Origin: Gekko japonicus
Taxonomy: Eukaryota
Assembly (NCBI RefSeq): GCF_001447785.1
Contig: NW_015162475.1
Location: forward strand, 434,001 to 498,000
Direction of reading: 5' to 3'
DNA length: 64,000 nucleotides
In this document: piece by piece, positions 13,927-24,430 of the stretch
Layout: each line of letters starts with the position of its first letter
How positions within the stretch are numbered: position 1 is the first letter of the stretch
Translations under genes and position numbers: made by a program
The notes under the pieces: generated by a model
Told to the model about the DNA's origin: nothing
The model's database searches: none
Seen by the model: only the letters and a program-made list of their open reading frames with translations

Positions 13927-15199
13927 CAGAAGACTTTTTTAACGTCATAAATTTTGCTATTCTATTATGTCCATTTCTAGAGTTACTATGGATGCCAAAC
14001 AGTTACTAGGCACTAGATTTATCTTTTACCTTTGAAAGGTAATTATTTATATTTTGCTTCATGTATTCCAAAATTTCAGTATGGGTGTCTTAATGAAATA
14101 TTCAAGGAACTATAAGATAACATACAAATTAATAATTACACAATGACACCAGAAAGAACAAAATAATTGTTCCACAGCAAATTCCAAAAACAAGTCATGC
14201 AATAACCTTTTATTAAGACCAGGGCTATTTTGGGGGCGGAACGCCCCAGAACGGCATTCCAGCTGGCTTCCAAGCCCGTCCCTCCCCTTCCCCTCCCTCC
14301 AGAGGAGGCTCTGACTTTGGCGTTGGGGACAAGCAGCCCTCCTTGGTGAGCGGCGGCGGCAGCAGGAACATCACTGCCGTCCAACCCAGCAACCAATCTG
14401 GGCACCCCGCACCCTCCCACCCAGCCCTGGCGCAGAGGGGGAGCATGCAGCACTGCCCTGGGCTGGTTCTGCCCGCGCCAGGGCTCTGGAGCATGTCTCC
14501 CTGGCCTCCCCAGTCCCCACCACCCTGACGCCTCCCTGCTGTCTTGACCCACCTCTCCGGGGGCCACACCGCACCACTGGGGCCTCTGCCCGACTCTGGC
14601 CAGCCCCTGGCTTGGCAGTCCAGGCAGCCTTGATGCTTCTCTGGGCTGCTGCTGTCCTGCGCCTCCTTCTGAGCTAGCTCCTTCCTCCACCAGCTCCAAC
14701 TGCATTCGCTGCCTGTTGCCATTGCCCACGGACTCCGTGTCGCCCCTGGCGTCTCATAAGGCTGGGGGTTGACTTGTCTGGAGCTGGGGGGGGGTCGGTC
14801 AGGGGCCTCCTGGGCCCAGGAGGAACTGGGACAGTGCCCAAAAGGAGTGAGGGAAAGGAAGTCCAGGCACTGCCCTTGCTCTGGGTGGGTAAACAGCAGC
14901 TGGAGCGGAGGCGGCTGAACGCCAAGGAAGGATCTGATCTGATCTCTTGACAACAGAGAACAATTCACCTGGAGAAAATGCCCGGATTGGAAGGTAATAT
15001 TCCATAGTGTTATACCCCATTGAAGTCTGCCCTTCTCAAACATCCCCACCCCCAATCTCCAGCTATTTCCAGACCCAGCAAATGTACATAGCACCCTTTT
15101 ACTCATGGAAAGAACACTGTATGGTGCGTGATCCCAGAAGAATGCTCTACATATGGGGGGCATCTGTTTAATTTTAAAAAGCAAGCAGCTGTGTGATTT

Positions 15200-15276
<77 letters not shown>
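15200..15276. repeat. Compound (TG)n(AG)n microsatellite
   Basis: Directly visible. Confidence 0.98.
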
Positions 15277-15279
<3 letters not shown>

Positions 15280-15659
15280 ATCACAAAATGTTTTGGGGTT
15301 CAGCAAAATGTTGAGTGGGTCAAAACCATGCCACTGTTTCTGAATGTGTTCCACCTTTTGGAACAATTACCATTTGAGCCAAGCTCCCTGCAGACACAAA
15401 GGTGATGCTTCAGTAAAGTGGAGGGAAGCTAAGACTCACTTTCAGGTTTGGGGAAGAAGAAATTTGGTATCAGGAAATACATCAGCACCTCTCTAAATAC
15501 TGAATCTCTCAAACCTTTCATACTTTGTGTTTTTAAGCTTACTTCAGAAACTATAATGGCTACCAATTTACAGATTATATACTCTTAATGTTTTTACCAT
15601 CTGCTGCTTCTGATCTAAGGAAACCGCAGCAACCATTTGACCTCAGACAACTTCTGGGG

Positions 15660-15810
15660 ACGGGGACCCCGCCAGGGGCTTGCAAGACAAGTGAGAAGCA
15701 GAGATGGTTTGCCATTCCCTTCCTCTGCAGAATCTTCCTCAATGGTCTCCCTTCCAAGTACTGACTCTGCTTAGCTGCCAAGATTTGATGAGATCGGGTT
15801 ATATCATGCC
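15660..15810 (-). mobile_element. Degenerate 5S rRNA-derived SINE with BovB/Sauria-type tail
   Basis: GGTCTCCCTTCCAAGTACTGA..CTGCTTAGCTGCCAAGATTTGATGAGATCGGG is the reverse complement of the 5S rRNA internal control region with a deletion. The adjacent TGGTTTGCCATTCCCTTCC resembles an RTE-type tail. Confidence 0.7.
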
Positions 15811-16207
15811 AAAAGCAGCCATAGAGGCAGTCAATTTGAAACGGGGCTGTTGTGCTGAGAAAGGAGAGATTTACATTGAAAACTGCCCTCTTGGACGTTA
15901 GCCCTGACAGACAGACAGACATCTTCTCGTTGCCCTTGTTTTTCATGTGCAAGGGCTACCAGCAACCCAGCAAGGTAGGGGGCTGGTTTTGTTTAGGGAA
16001 GTGACACCTTCCCTTCCTCTGCACTGCTTCTCTTATACTAATTGGGGGTGTGTGTGTCAGAGCTTCATTTTAATGCTAAACTACGTGAGGTCTGAAAATA
16101 GATCCCCAATGCCATATTTCATTTTGGCCTTATATTTGAATACAGAGATAACAAGAAAGCTCTGGTGGAGCTTTGCTTCAAACCACTGGATCGTCTCAGT
16201 AGCTCTC

Positions 16208-16403
16208 TAGGGTTCCCAACCTCCAGGTGGGGGCTGGAGATCTGCTATTACAACTGATCTTCAGACAATAGAGATCAGTTTCCCCAGAGAAAATGGCTGT
16301 GTTGGAAAGTGGACTCTACGGCATTGTACCCCTGCTGAGGTCCCTCCCTTCCCCGAGCCCCACCCTCCTCAGGCTCCACCCCAAAAATCTCCAGATATTT
16401 CTC
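16208..16403 (+). mobile_element. hAT-like MITE (TAGGGTTGCCA family), inside the 14220-17511 element
   Basis: Inverted ends TAGGGTTCCCAAC / GCTGGCAACCCT. Related remnants at ~11066, ~14940 and ~24780. Confidence 0.75.
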
Positions 16404-16759
16404 AAACCCACAGCTGGCAACCCTCTCTCTTACACACCTAGAAGCTTGTGATTCCTTAGTTACCTATACTGTTACAGCTTTCCCTTGCTCATGATTTTTT
16501 TCAGCTAGGCTAGTAGAAGAGAACCAGAAAGCTACATATTTTATTTTTTCTAGTATGTGAAAGGTAGCTGTCATTATCCAGTAGAGGTTGTAAGTCACTG
16601 ATGATGCATTGAACTGTTTTGAGTTGAGAGCTGCATGTGACTCTTTTGGGCCTGTCTTGGAAGAAGGCTCTCACATTTCTTTAATTCTGCAAACTATGTA
16701 ATGGAGTTGCTTGGGAGGGCATTTTTATAAAGCTTATAGAGAACAGGACTGTAGTCTAT

Positions 16760-17040
16760 GCCACAGTGTATGCTATATATTATTGATTTGTTGTATGTTC
16801 TATCACACTCTTACAGCACTGTTTTCATTTTTTGTAATTTCATTTTCTGCATTACTGGACATAACATAACTTTTTTTTTGCATTTTTGTAAGCCTAGTCC
16901 TATTGCATTGTTTATTAGATCTCATATGCTATTTGATTACAATATTCTATGACATGTAATCCACCTTCAGTCTCAAGAAGAAAACTGGTAAGTAACTAAT
17001 GAAGTATGAATAAATAAATAATAAAGTAAATAAATAATGA
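16760..17040 (+). mobile_element. Degenerate L2-type 3' UTR/tail
   Basis: T-rich UTR, then GTAATCCACCTTCAGTCTCAAG... and a (TAAA)n tail. Confidence 0.45.
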
Positions 17041-18344
17041 TGGGCTGACCACCACTGTTCTCATTTGCCCCTCCAATAAAAATTTTCTGGCTACAGGCTG
17101 TGTCTGGAAAGAAATGGGCAGAAAGACAGCTTCATAGTTGCAAGAAAGGGGAGAACAGTAGGGAAATTCTGCTGTAGCAATGTGCAGAGCACAACTGCTG
17201 CAGAGGAGCAAGTGTTACTGTTAATGTTACTTTTAAAATAAATTTAAAGTATGGAATTGATTTTTTTTTTTTAAAATAACGATTTTATTGGTTTTGTCAA
17301 AACCGTTTTGATGACAAGGTAAACAGAATAAGAAGCAAAAGGTGGGTGTGGCTGAATGACCACACTTCTGGCAACATGGGGGTGTGGCCTAATATGCTAA
17401 TAAGCTGTGCTGTTACAGGTGTGGCCTACTATGCTAATGAGTTTTGTCTGTTGGGTGTGGCCTATTATGCCAATGAGTTCCTGCTGGGCTTTTTCTACAA
17501 AAAGAGCCCTGATTAAGACCAACCAAAATAATGCAACCTAGCTTTCAAGTTCTTCAGAACTGGTTATCAGGCTAGATGTTAATTAAAAAGCAAGAGGTAG
17601 GTAGATATCTCTTGGGCCATGATTTTAAAGCCTTTTTCAGCATGTTGTATGGAATGGGAGGCTGACATTAATGGGCTCATGTGTATTACTTTTTGAATAC
17701 TGTAATCTAGCCATTAAAAGAAGAGATACTTAAGAGAATAAAAAGAATCCTAAGCAGAAACTAGGTAACGTTACTACAATTTGGCCTTCATGCACTTTTT
17801 ACTTAGTGCAGTGGTACTCACTCTATGACTCGGAGAGAGACCATAGTATAAATGTTTATGAATCCCTTTTGACCCAGCAGGGTATTGTTTAAGTCCATTA
17901 TGAATGCAGGGAACAAGGCATCATCAAAACTTTCAAAAAAGGAGAACCATGCATTCTCAAACATGTCACCATATTTACTCTGTGTTTACTCACATTGAGT
18001 TCTGCTACTTTTTCAATATAAATAGCTACTCAGACAACAGTTCTTCTCTATGAAATCACACTCCGTAGCATTTATACAGCTTTTTTCAGCACTTAAAGCA
18101 CTTCTCACATGTTGTCTTTTTATGACACAGCATCCCAGCAAAGTAGTATTCCTATTTAGAATTTTTATACCCCTGTTGTAGGGCAGGGTTGAGGTGGACA
18201 GCTGAAGCTGAGAGCCAACAACTAATGAGTTCTTGGTGGAAGTGAGTTTTAAACTCCCAGGTGATAGCCACTTTACTACATGATCTTCAGTACACAGATA
18301 AAGGTATCAGGGGCCTCAATGAAAGTAAACTTCAAAATGACACA

Positions 18345-18775
18345 AAGAACATAAGACCACCCCTGCTGGATCAGACCAGTGGTCCATTGAGTTCAGCATC
18401 CTGTCCCACACAGTGGCCAACCAGTTCCTCTGGAAGGCCAACAACAGGGCACAGAGGTTGTGGCCTTCCCTTGATGTTATCTCCTGGATCTAGAATTCCA
18501 TGGTTTAGTGCCACTGAATGTGGAGGTTCCCCTCAGTCACCATGGCTAGTAGCCATTGATAGATTCATAGAAGATAGGTGTATCTAATCCCCTTTTAAAA
18601 CTGTTTATTCCTGTGACCATGATTACATCCTCTGGCAGCGAATTTCACATTTTCATCACTCTCTGTGTAAAGAAGAATTTCCTTTTGTGAGTCCTGAATC
18701 TACAGCCCCTCAGCTTCATTGGATGCCTTTGAGTTCTAATATTTTAGGAGAGGGGAAAAAAATTCTCTTCATCAG
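18345..18775 (-). mobile_element. Older CR1 3' end
   Basis: AAGAACATAAG tail, CTGGATCAGACCAGTGGTCCA 3' hairpin region, and similarity to the CR1 ORF2 end at positions 100-270. Confidence 0.8.
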
Positions 18776-20202
18776 CTATCTCAAGTCAATATGGATCTAG
18801 CTACAGAAAGCACTGTAAGTACTGGAGCTTCAAATAAGTAACAAGACATTTTCCCACCTATGTGCAGAATACCTACGGTATAGTGCCAGCTATGTCCACT
18901 GCATGCTGTCACAACATTCTTATCATAGTAAGCTTAAAACAGGCGCTTCACTTAACTAGTTAAGCTTAAAGAGAAAACGTTTGGTCTGAACCTTACTACC
19001 TTCAAGGAGGAGTCAGAGATTAAACAAAATAGAACAAGACGCCTCCCACTTATACAACAGGTGGTTCAGACATTCTATATAGAATGTACCTTGATTGTCC
19101 CTAGAGTTCAGGGAAAGAACGGCAACATGTGATCCAGCACAACCACCAATACAGCTAATGACTAAAAATGTTTCCTATGATTGTGACAGCTGAAAAATAT
19201 TCTAGTGCGACAGCAGAAATTGCCATCAGGAAGGTGCAGCTGTAGCCATGAAAGTGCTGGGTTACATATTACCATGCCCCTCAGAGATAGCCAGAGTGCA
19301 TTTTATGATCCATGGAAAAGATTTTTTGTATGTCTGAACTAGAAATCTGGACATATCCCAGATACAATTAAAGAAAGAAAATAATTCAGCATATGAAAAT
19401 TCTTAAAACCATGTTTTCAACGATAGCCTCATTAATAAAAATGAAATGTTTTGTATACATGTTGTAAAGATGAAACAATACTTTGCACACATTATGCACT
19501 CTCACGCTCTCTTTCATGTGAAACATCTTTCAGAAAGTTCAGAGCAGCTGCACTGAAATGTATGGATTTGAATGTAAATCTTTTAACTCCTTGGGACATG
19601 GTACATATGAATGAAGAAGCAAATGCGATGGCTGGCATGTTTTATATCAAGCTACAACTGCAACAGGAATAAGCAGGAAGTCAATTGCAAAGGCTTATCA
19701 AGTAACACTGAAGGCACTAATAAACTAAAATGAAACATTATTTTAAAAAGCAAAAAGGAAAGGAGAATTCAATCACAGACCACTTTAGACAGATACTTGG
19801 AAACTAACCAAGTGCACTTACAAGTGCACTTTCAAAGGCAAAAAGGTGGCCGACAAGTTCACAGCTTGATTACAATGTTTTAGTACTTTTCAAAAACTTA
19901 CAAATTCAATTGCATACTAAAGCATCAAAGTTAAGGAAAACAAGTTACACTTAAATATACTGCAATTATAAAAACTATGTCTAAAACAGATATATAAAAT
20001 ACAGCACAGCAAAACTCTACTACTTAACTGTTCTCCTAATACCTACCCAAACAGAAAGCTTTTGTTTCCAATTCCAAAATGCACCCTTTTCCCAAAATTT
20101 TGCTGCAGTCTTTACCAAAAACAATTAAGAACATATAGAGAGAGGCTTGCAGTATTTCCAATTTTAGTTCCAAAAAGGAAGTTATCCATCTTGTAAAACT
20201 TA

Positions 20203-20786
20203 CAGAAGGGTCCCCAACATGGTGCCCACCAAGTGTTTTGAGAAATGGATTGAGCCAGGTGGGCTTTTTGCCCAGTAAGGCTACTGATTGGCCATTGGAG
20301 ATTTGACTGGCTGAGCAGATTTTTTAAAATGTTCCTTGGGCAGCAGCTGCCACAACAGTACAATGATCTTGACAGAAGGTACATTAAAGCAGCCATTTTG
20401 TGGCTGAAGAAGAAGAAGAAGAGGAGGAGACTGGATTTATACCCCGCCCTTCACTTGGAGTCTCAGAGCGGCTTACAAACTCCTTTCCCTTCCACTCCCC
20501 ACAACAGACACCCTGTGAGGTGGGTGGGGCTGAGAGAACTCTGACCCAAACTGCTCTTTTCCAAGGACAGCTGTGCCACAGCTTGTGATTGACCCAAGGT
20601 CACATCAGCAGGTGCAAATGGAGGAGTGGGGAATCAAACCCGGTTCTCCCAAATTAGAGTCTGCGCACTTAACCACTACATCAAACTGGCTCCACCACCT
20701 GCAACAGACATTTTGTGGCTGCGCCCACCACCCTGTATCAGAATTCCAAAGCTGCCCACAGGCTCAAAAAGGTTGGGGGGTCCAGA
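20203..20786 (+). mobile_element. hAT-like MITE interrupted by a SINE
   Basis: Ends CAGAAGGGTCCCCAAC / GTTGGGGGGTCCAG. The sequence resumes across the SINE at a duplicated TGGCT. Confidence 0.55.
20406..20690 (-). mobile_element. tRNA-derived SINE (same family as 9033)
   Basis: A and B boxes on the minus strand, (CCT)(CTT)n tail, high similarity to 9033-9315. Confidence 0.85.
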
Positions 20787-20818
20787 CTTACAGCAAGTTC
20801 TAGCAAATAATGGACATA

Positions 20819-22053
20819 TCTCTCATATATATTTGTCACTTGAGGTGGCAAGATTCGATACGCGGCAAAATCAATACGCTCCGTGAAGTGCCACTCAAAA
20901 ATGGGTCCCTGGCTACTGGCTGCGTTCCCTTCCTCCCGCCCACAAACGTGCCGCGCAGCCTCTCGCCCTCAGTGTTCTGGGAGTTGATGGAGGAGCCGGA
21001 TGCTCGCTGACGCTCCACAGAGGTTGCTGGTGGGCATAGGGGATGCCAATCCAGGTGGGGCGAAAACCCTGGCGGAGGGCGGCCGATGGCCCCGTGTCAT
21101 CCTCTGTGTAGGGAGCTGAAGACAGCAGCGGTGCTCTTTTGCTCCTCTGTCTCCCTCATGGAGCACTCTGAGGAGGAGGAGATGGTCGTCTCTTCCCTCC
21201 TGGCCGAGCCGCTCATGCAGCCCCCATCCGCTCCCACAAGTGCTCCGTGCTGCGGGGTGACAACGCAGGGCCCCGCCAGACACGCAAGTGGCCAAGGACC
21301 AAGTGGTGGCTGGGTGGCTGCGGCTGCTACGCCAGGAGTGAGTGCCTCCGCTGCCTGACCTGTTACTGCAAACTGCTGGGAGGCCTCCAGGAGGGCCAGG
21401 TGGTGTGGGCTATGTCCTTCCCCGCCACACCGCCCGTCGGTGGCCTGTCTTCGCCCCCCCCAGCTTCTAAAGCCGCTGGGAGGGCCGGGTGGCCTGCAGC
21501 CTCTCCGTCGGCCCGTCTTCGCCCCCCCCATCCAGAGAAGCTGGGAGGGTCAAGTGGCATCTGGCCTCTCTGTCCCCGGCGCGCTGCACATCACCGTCCC
21601 ACCTCCCCTCCGTTGCTTCTGCAGCCGCTGGGAGGCCCAGATGGCACATGGCCTCTCCATCACTGGTGCACCACACATTGCCAGCCCGGCTCCCCCCCGC
21701 TTCTACAGCATCCAGGAGGGCCAGCTGCCGTGTGCCCTGTCCTTCACCAGCACGCAGGCTGTCTTCGGCCCCCCTCTCCGGAGCTGCTGGGATGGCCGGG
21801 TGGCGTGCGGCCTCTCCTTTGCCACCACGACACCTGTTTTTGCCCCCCACACACACACTTCTGCACCCGCTGGGAGGGCTGGGTGGCATGTGCTCTCTCC
21901 TGTGCCGCCTGTCGCCGGCCTCTCTTCCCCCCCCCGCCTTTTAGATAGCTATCTGTGGGGCGGATGCGGGCCACGGTTGCAGGCGGGAGCACTCTCCCAG
22001 ACCCTCTCCCTAGAGCTCATTGCATTCCTTTCCACAATGGACCTGATCACTAG
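20819..22053 (+). mobile_element. Probable non-autonomous Helitron with internal GC-rich minisatellite
   Basis: 5' A|TCTCTCATATATA. The 3' end has a hairpin (CATTG...CAATG) ~10 nt before CTAG|T. No TIR or TSD. Confidence 0.6.
21375..21940 (+). repeat. Degenerate GC-rich minisatellite, ~7 units of 65-95 bp
   Basis: Recurrent core GCTGGGAGGGCCGGGTGGC..GCCTCTCC...CCCCCC near 21375, 21471, 21540, 21624, 21711, 21783 and 21868. Confidence 0.8.
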
Positions 22054-22925
22054 TAATTTTATAAAACAGGCCTTATTTCAATGTAATATAGTGTGTGTGT
22101 GTGGGGGGGGATACTCCCAAACGTTAACCTAGTAAGTCTACACATCTTGGAAGCTTCATAATAAACCATGGTCAGATATTTACTGTAGCATAAAGGCATT
22201 TAAGAACTAACAAGCAAAAGTTGAAAATTTGATGCTTAAGTAGTCAGATTTGATGTATGAAATCAAATTCAAGTTGAACGATCTGCACTATTTGCACACT
22301 TGATTCAGCTTGCAGAAATTGAGGCCTGGTTGTATTGGATATTGTGAGAAGCACACCAGTGCTTAAAAAAAAACGTCAGCCTTGTTTGTGTCTCCCCCTC
22401 CTCTTCACACCTAAATGCATGATATAATGCCACTGTGCTGAGAGCTTTTCTGGCAAATTTCATACTTTGCATTTGGAAGGACAGAGGATGAATAAGGGGG
22501 GAAAGATATGGGACAGTAGCCATGTGCCATAATATCTAATTCTGGCCTGAGTGACTTAATATTCAGCAAATAGTTTGTATCATAAAAAAATGTGTACCAA
22601 GACTAAATTAAACACTCATTTTAATTATAAAAGTGATACTTAACATAAACTATGCAAAGTTTTCATTTTGTTTGAAGTATTGTGTGGCTCTTTTCTGAAA
22701 GTTATATGAAAACGACTATAACCAAGAATGTTTCTGTCCCTTAAGAGTTACCTTATAACCAAAGCAGAAATAATACACTCGAAGAGAATTCTCCCTGAAT
22801 TATTTTAGTAAAACCATTTTACTGCACTGTGGCACGTAAAAAAGACCAACAATAAACCTTTCTTCAAATACATTAGAAGTAGGAAACTGTTATTAAATAA
22901 CAGTTCAAGGCAATCTGGCTAACAC

Positions 22926-23306
22926 TTAGAACAAATAAAAGGAAGTTCTTCTTCACCCAAAGACTGATTAACACATGGAATTTACTGCCACAGGAGGTGG
23001 TGGCGGCTACAAGCATAGACAGCTTCAAGAGGGAACTGGATAAACATATGGAGCAGAGGTCCATCAGTGGCTATTAGCCACAAGGTATAGATAGGAACTC
23101 ACAGGCTGAGGCAGGTGATGCACTGTATTCTTGGTGCTTGGGGGGGGGGGCAACAGTGGGAGGGAAACAGTGGGAGGGCTTCTAGTGTCCTGGTCCCACT
23201 GATGGACCTCCTGATGGCACCTGGTATTTTTGGCCACTGTGTGACAGAGTGTTGGACTAGATGGGCCATTGGCCTGATCCAACATTGGCTTCTCTTATGT
23301 TCTCTT
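22926..23306 (+). mobile_element. CR1 3' end with (TTCTCTTATG)n tail
   Basis: Near-identical to 48555-48856 and to the reverse complement of 1-190. The tail is interrupted by BovB. Confidence 0.9.
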
Positions 23307-23653
23307 GACTCTTGAGAGTCCCTTGGACTGCAAGAAGATCAAATCAGTCAGTCCTAAAAGTAATCAACCCTGACTGTTCCCTGGAGGGCCAGATAATGAA
23401 ACTGAAGCTCAAATACTTTGGCCACCAAATGAGAAGGGAGCACTCATTGGAGAAGACCCTGATGCTGGGAAAGATTGAAGGTCAAAGACGACGGGATGGC
23501 AAAGGATGAGATGGTTAGACAGTGTCATAGATGCAACGAACATGAAATTGAGCCAGCTTCAGAGGACGGCGGAAGACAGGAAGGCCTGGCGTGATCTGGT
23601 TCATGGGGTCGCAAAGAGTCAGACTCGACTGTGCGACTGAACAACAACAACAA
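23307..23653 (+). mobile_element. BovB (RTE LINE) 3' fragment
   Basis: RVPWTARRSNQS..LKLKYFGH..SLEKTLMLGK, (CAA)n tail, 10-bp TSD ATGTTCTCTT (23297-23306, 23654-23663). Confidence 0.95.
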
Positions 23654-24101
23654 ATGTTCTCTTATGCAACAAACTGCATCACTGGAAAAGTTTATCATGG
23701 CCTAAACTAAACTACCTAATCCGCTATACTCAGAGGACAACATATATATGTATGTATGTTACTGGATTCAAAGGACCTTGTGGGTGGGGTCTTCTCCCCT
23801 ACTTCCCACTGCAGCCTCTTGTGACCCCTGAAAAAGGTGTTCCTAAAGAGAACTTGATGCAGCCTAAGGCATACAGCCAGAAGAGAAGATCAGAAACTTG
23901 CCTACCCTCACGGCTTGTGCATGGGGTTATCTGGATCTTTAATGAAAGAACAGGCAGTACCAAAAAAACTCCTAACCAAAAAACTGCTAACAGCCTGTTT
24001 AATACTGAAGTACCTGGTGCCAAATAGAAGGCAAAGACTGTGATGTAGTTCATATCTAACATAATAATACTATTTATAGTCTTGAGCTGCCTTGTCTAGA
24101 G

Positions 24102-24205
24102 TTAGTACAACAGTTTGTAGGGTGCTCTGACATAGCACAGAGGAGCAACAACATATTTGTATACTCCTTTCTTGTATTTCAAAAGGAAAAAAACCCTTAC
24201 AAGAT
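24102..24205 (-). CDS. BBS9: Candidate BBS9 terminal coding exon (uncertain)
   Basis: Acceptor ttctttgctttcag lies 114 nt after the donor at 24319 and gives (D)LVRVFFLLK...LLY*. ATTAAA signals follow downstream (23998, 23938). No recognisable similarity to the mammalian C-terminus. Confidence 0.25.
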
Positions 24206-24319
24206 CTGAAAGCAAAGAATTAATCAAAAGCAATTTAGTGGAGCCACTTGATCATTGTGAACAATGTTGTGAGTGCAGTTTTCTTGTCTTTATTGTAAGA
24301 AAACATTTTCTTTTCTTAC

Positions 24320-24430
24320 CAGGCTCAGTCTTCTGCTGGATGAGGTGCCTGTGATTGGTAAACATCACTGTGGAGTCCTGAGAGGCTGGTCTTTCCTCCA
24401 TGTCAGATTCCAGGATGGTAGCACAGCCAC
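24320..24430 (-). CDS. BBS9: BBS9 (PTHB1) penultimate coding exon, 111 bp
   Basis: ttag|GTGGCTGT...GAGCCTG|gtaag. It translates as GCATILESDMEERPASQDSTVMFTNHRHLIQQKTEP, matching recalled human GCTTIPESDLEERSVEQDSTELFTNHRHL. Phase 1 fits the upstream exon. Confidence 0.93.

Larger units (their letters stand above)
14220..17511 (+). mobile_element. 3.3 kb non-autonomous hAT transposon with internal cargo (Pack-TIR-like)
   Basis: TIRs CAGGGCTATTTT / AAAAGAGCCCTG. Perfect 8-bp TSD ATTAAGAC at 14212-14219 and 17512-17519. Both ends match the short family member at 38237. Confidence 0.85.

Noticed and set aside
14136-15184. 319-aa and 197-aa minus-strand ORFs
   Set aside because: They run through GC-rich cargo, a MITE remnant or the transposon boundary, with no recognisable homology.
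15744-15800. 5S rRNA gene
   Set aside because: Partial, internally deleted, diverged and attached to a retroposon tail.
17340-17480. CRISPR-like repeat-spacer pattern
   Set aside because: Eukaryotic context; the spacers are short and related to each other, and these are transposon subterminal repeats.
21086-22132. Cluster of 140-233 aa ORFs on both strands
   Set aside because: Stop-poor GC-rich minisatellite; no recognisable domain or splice structure.
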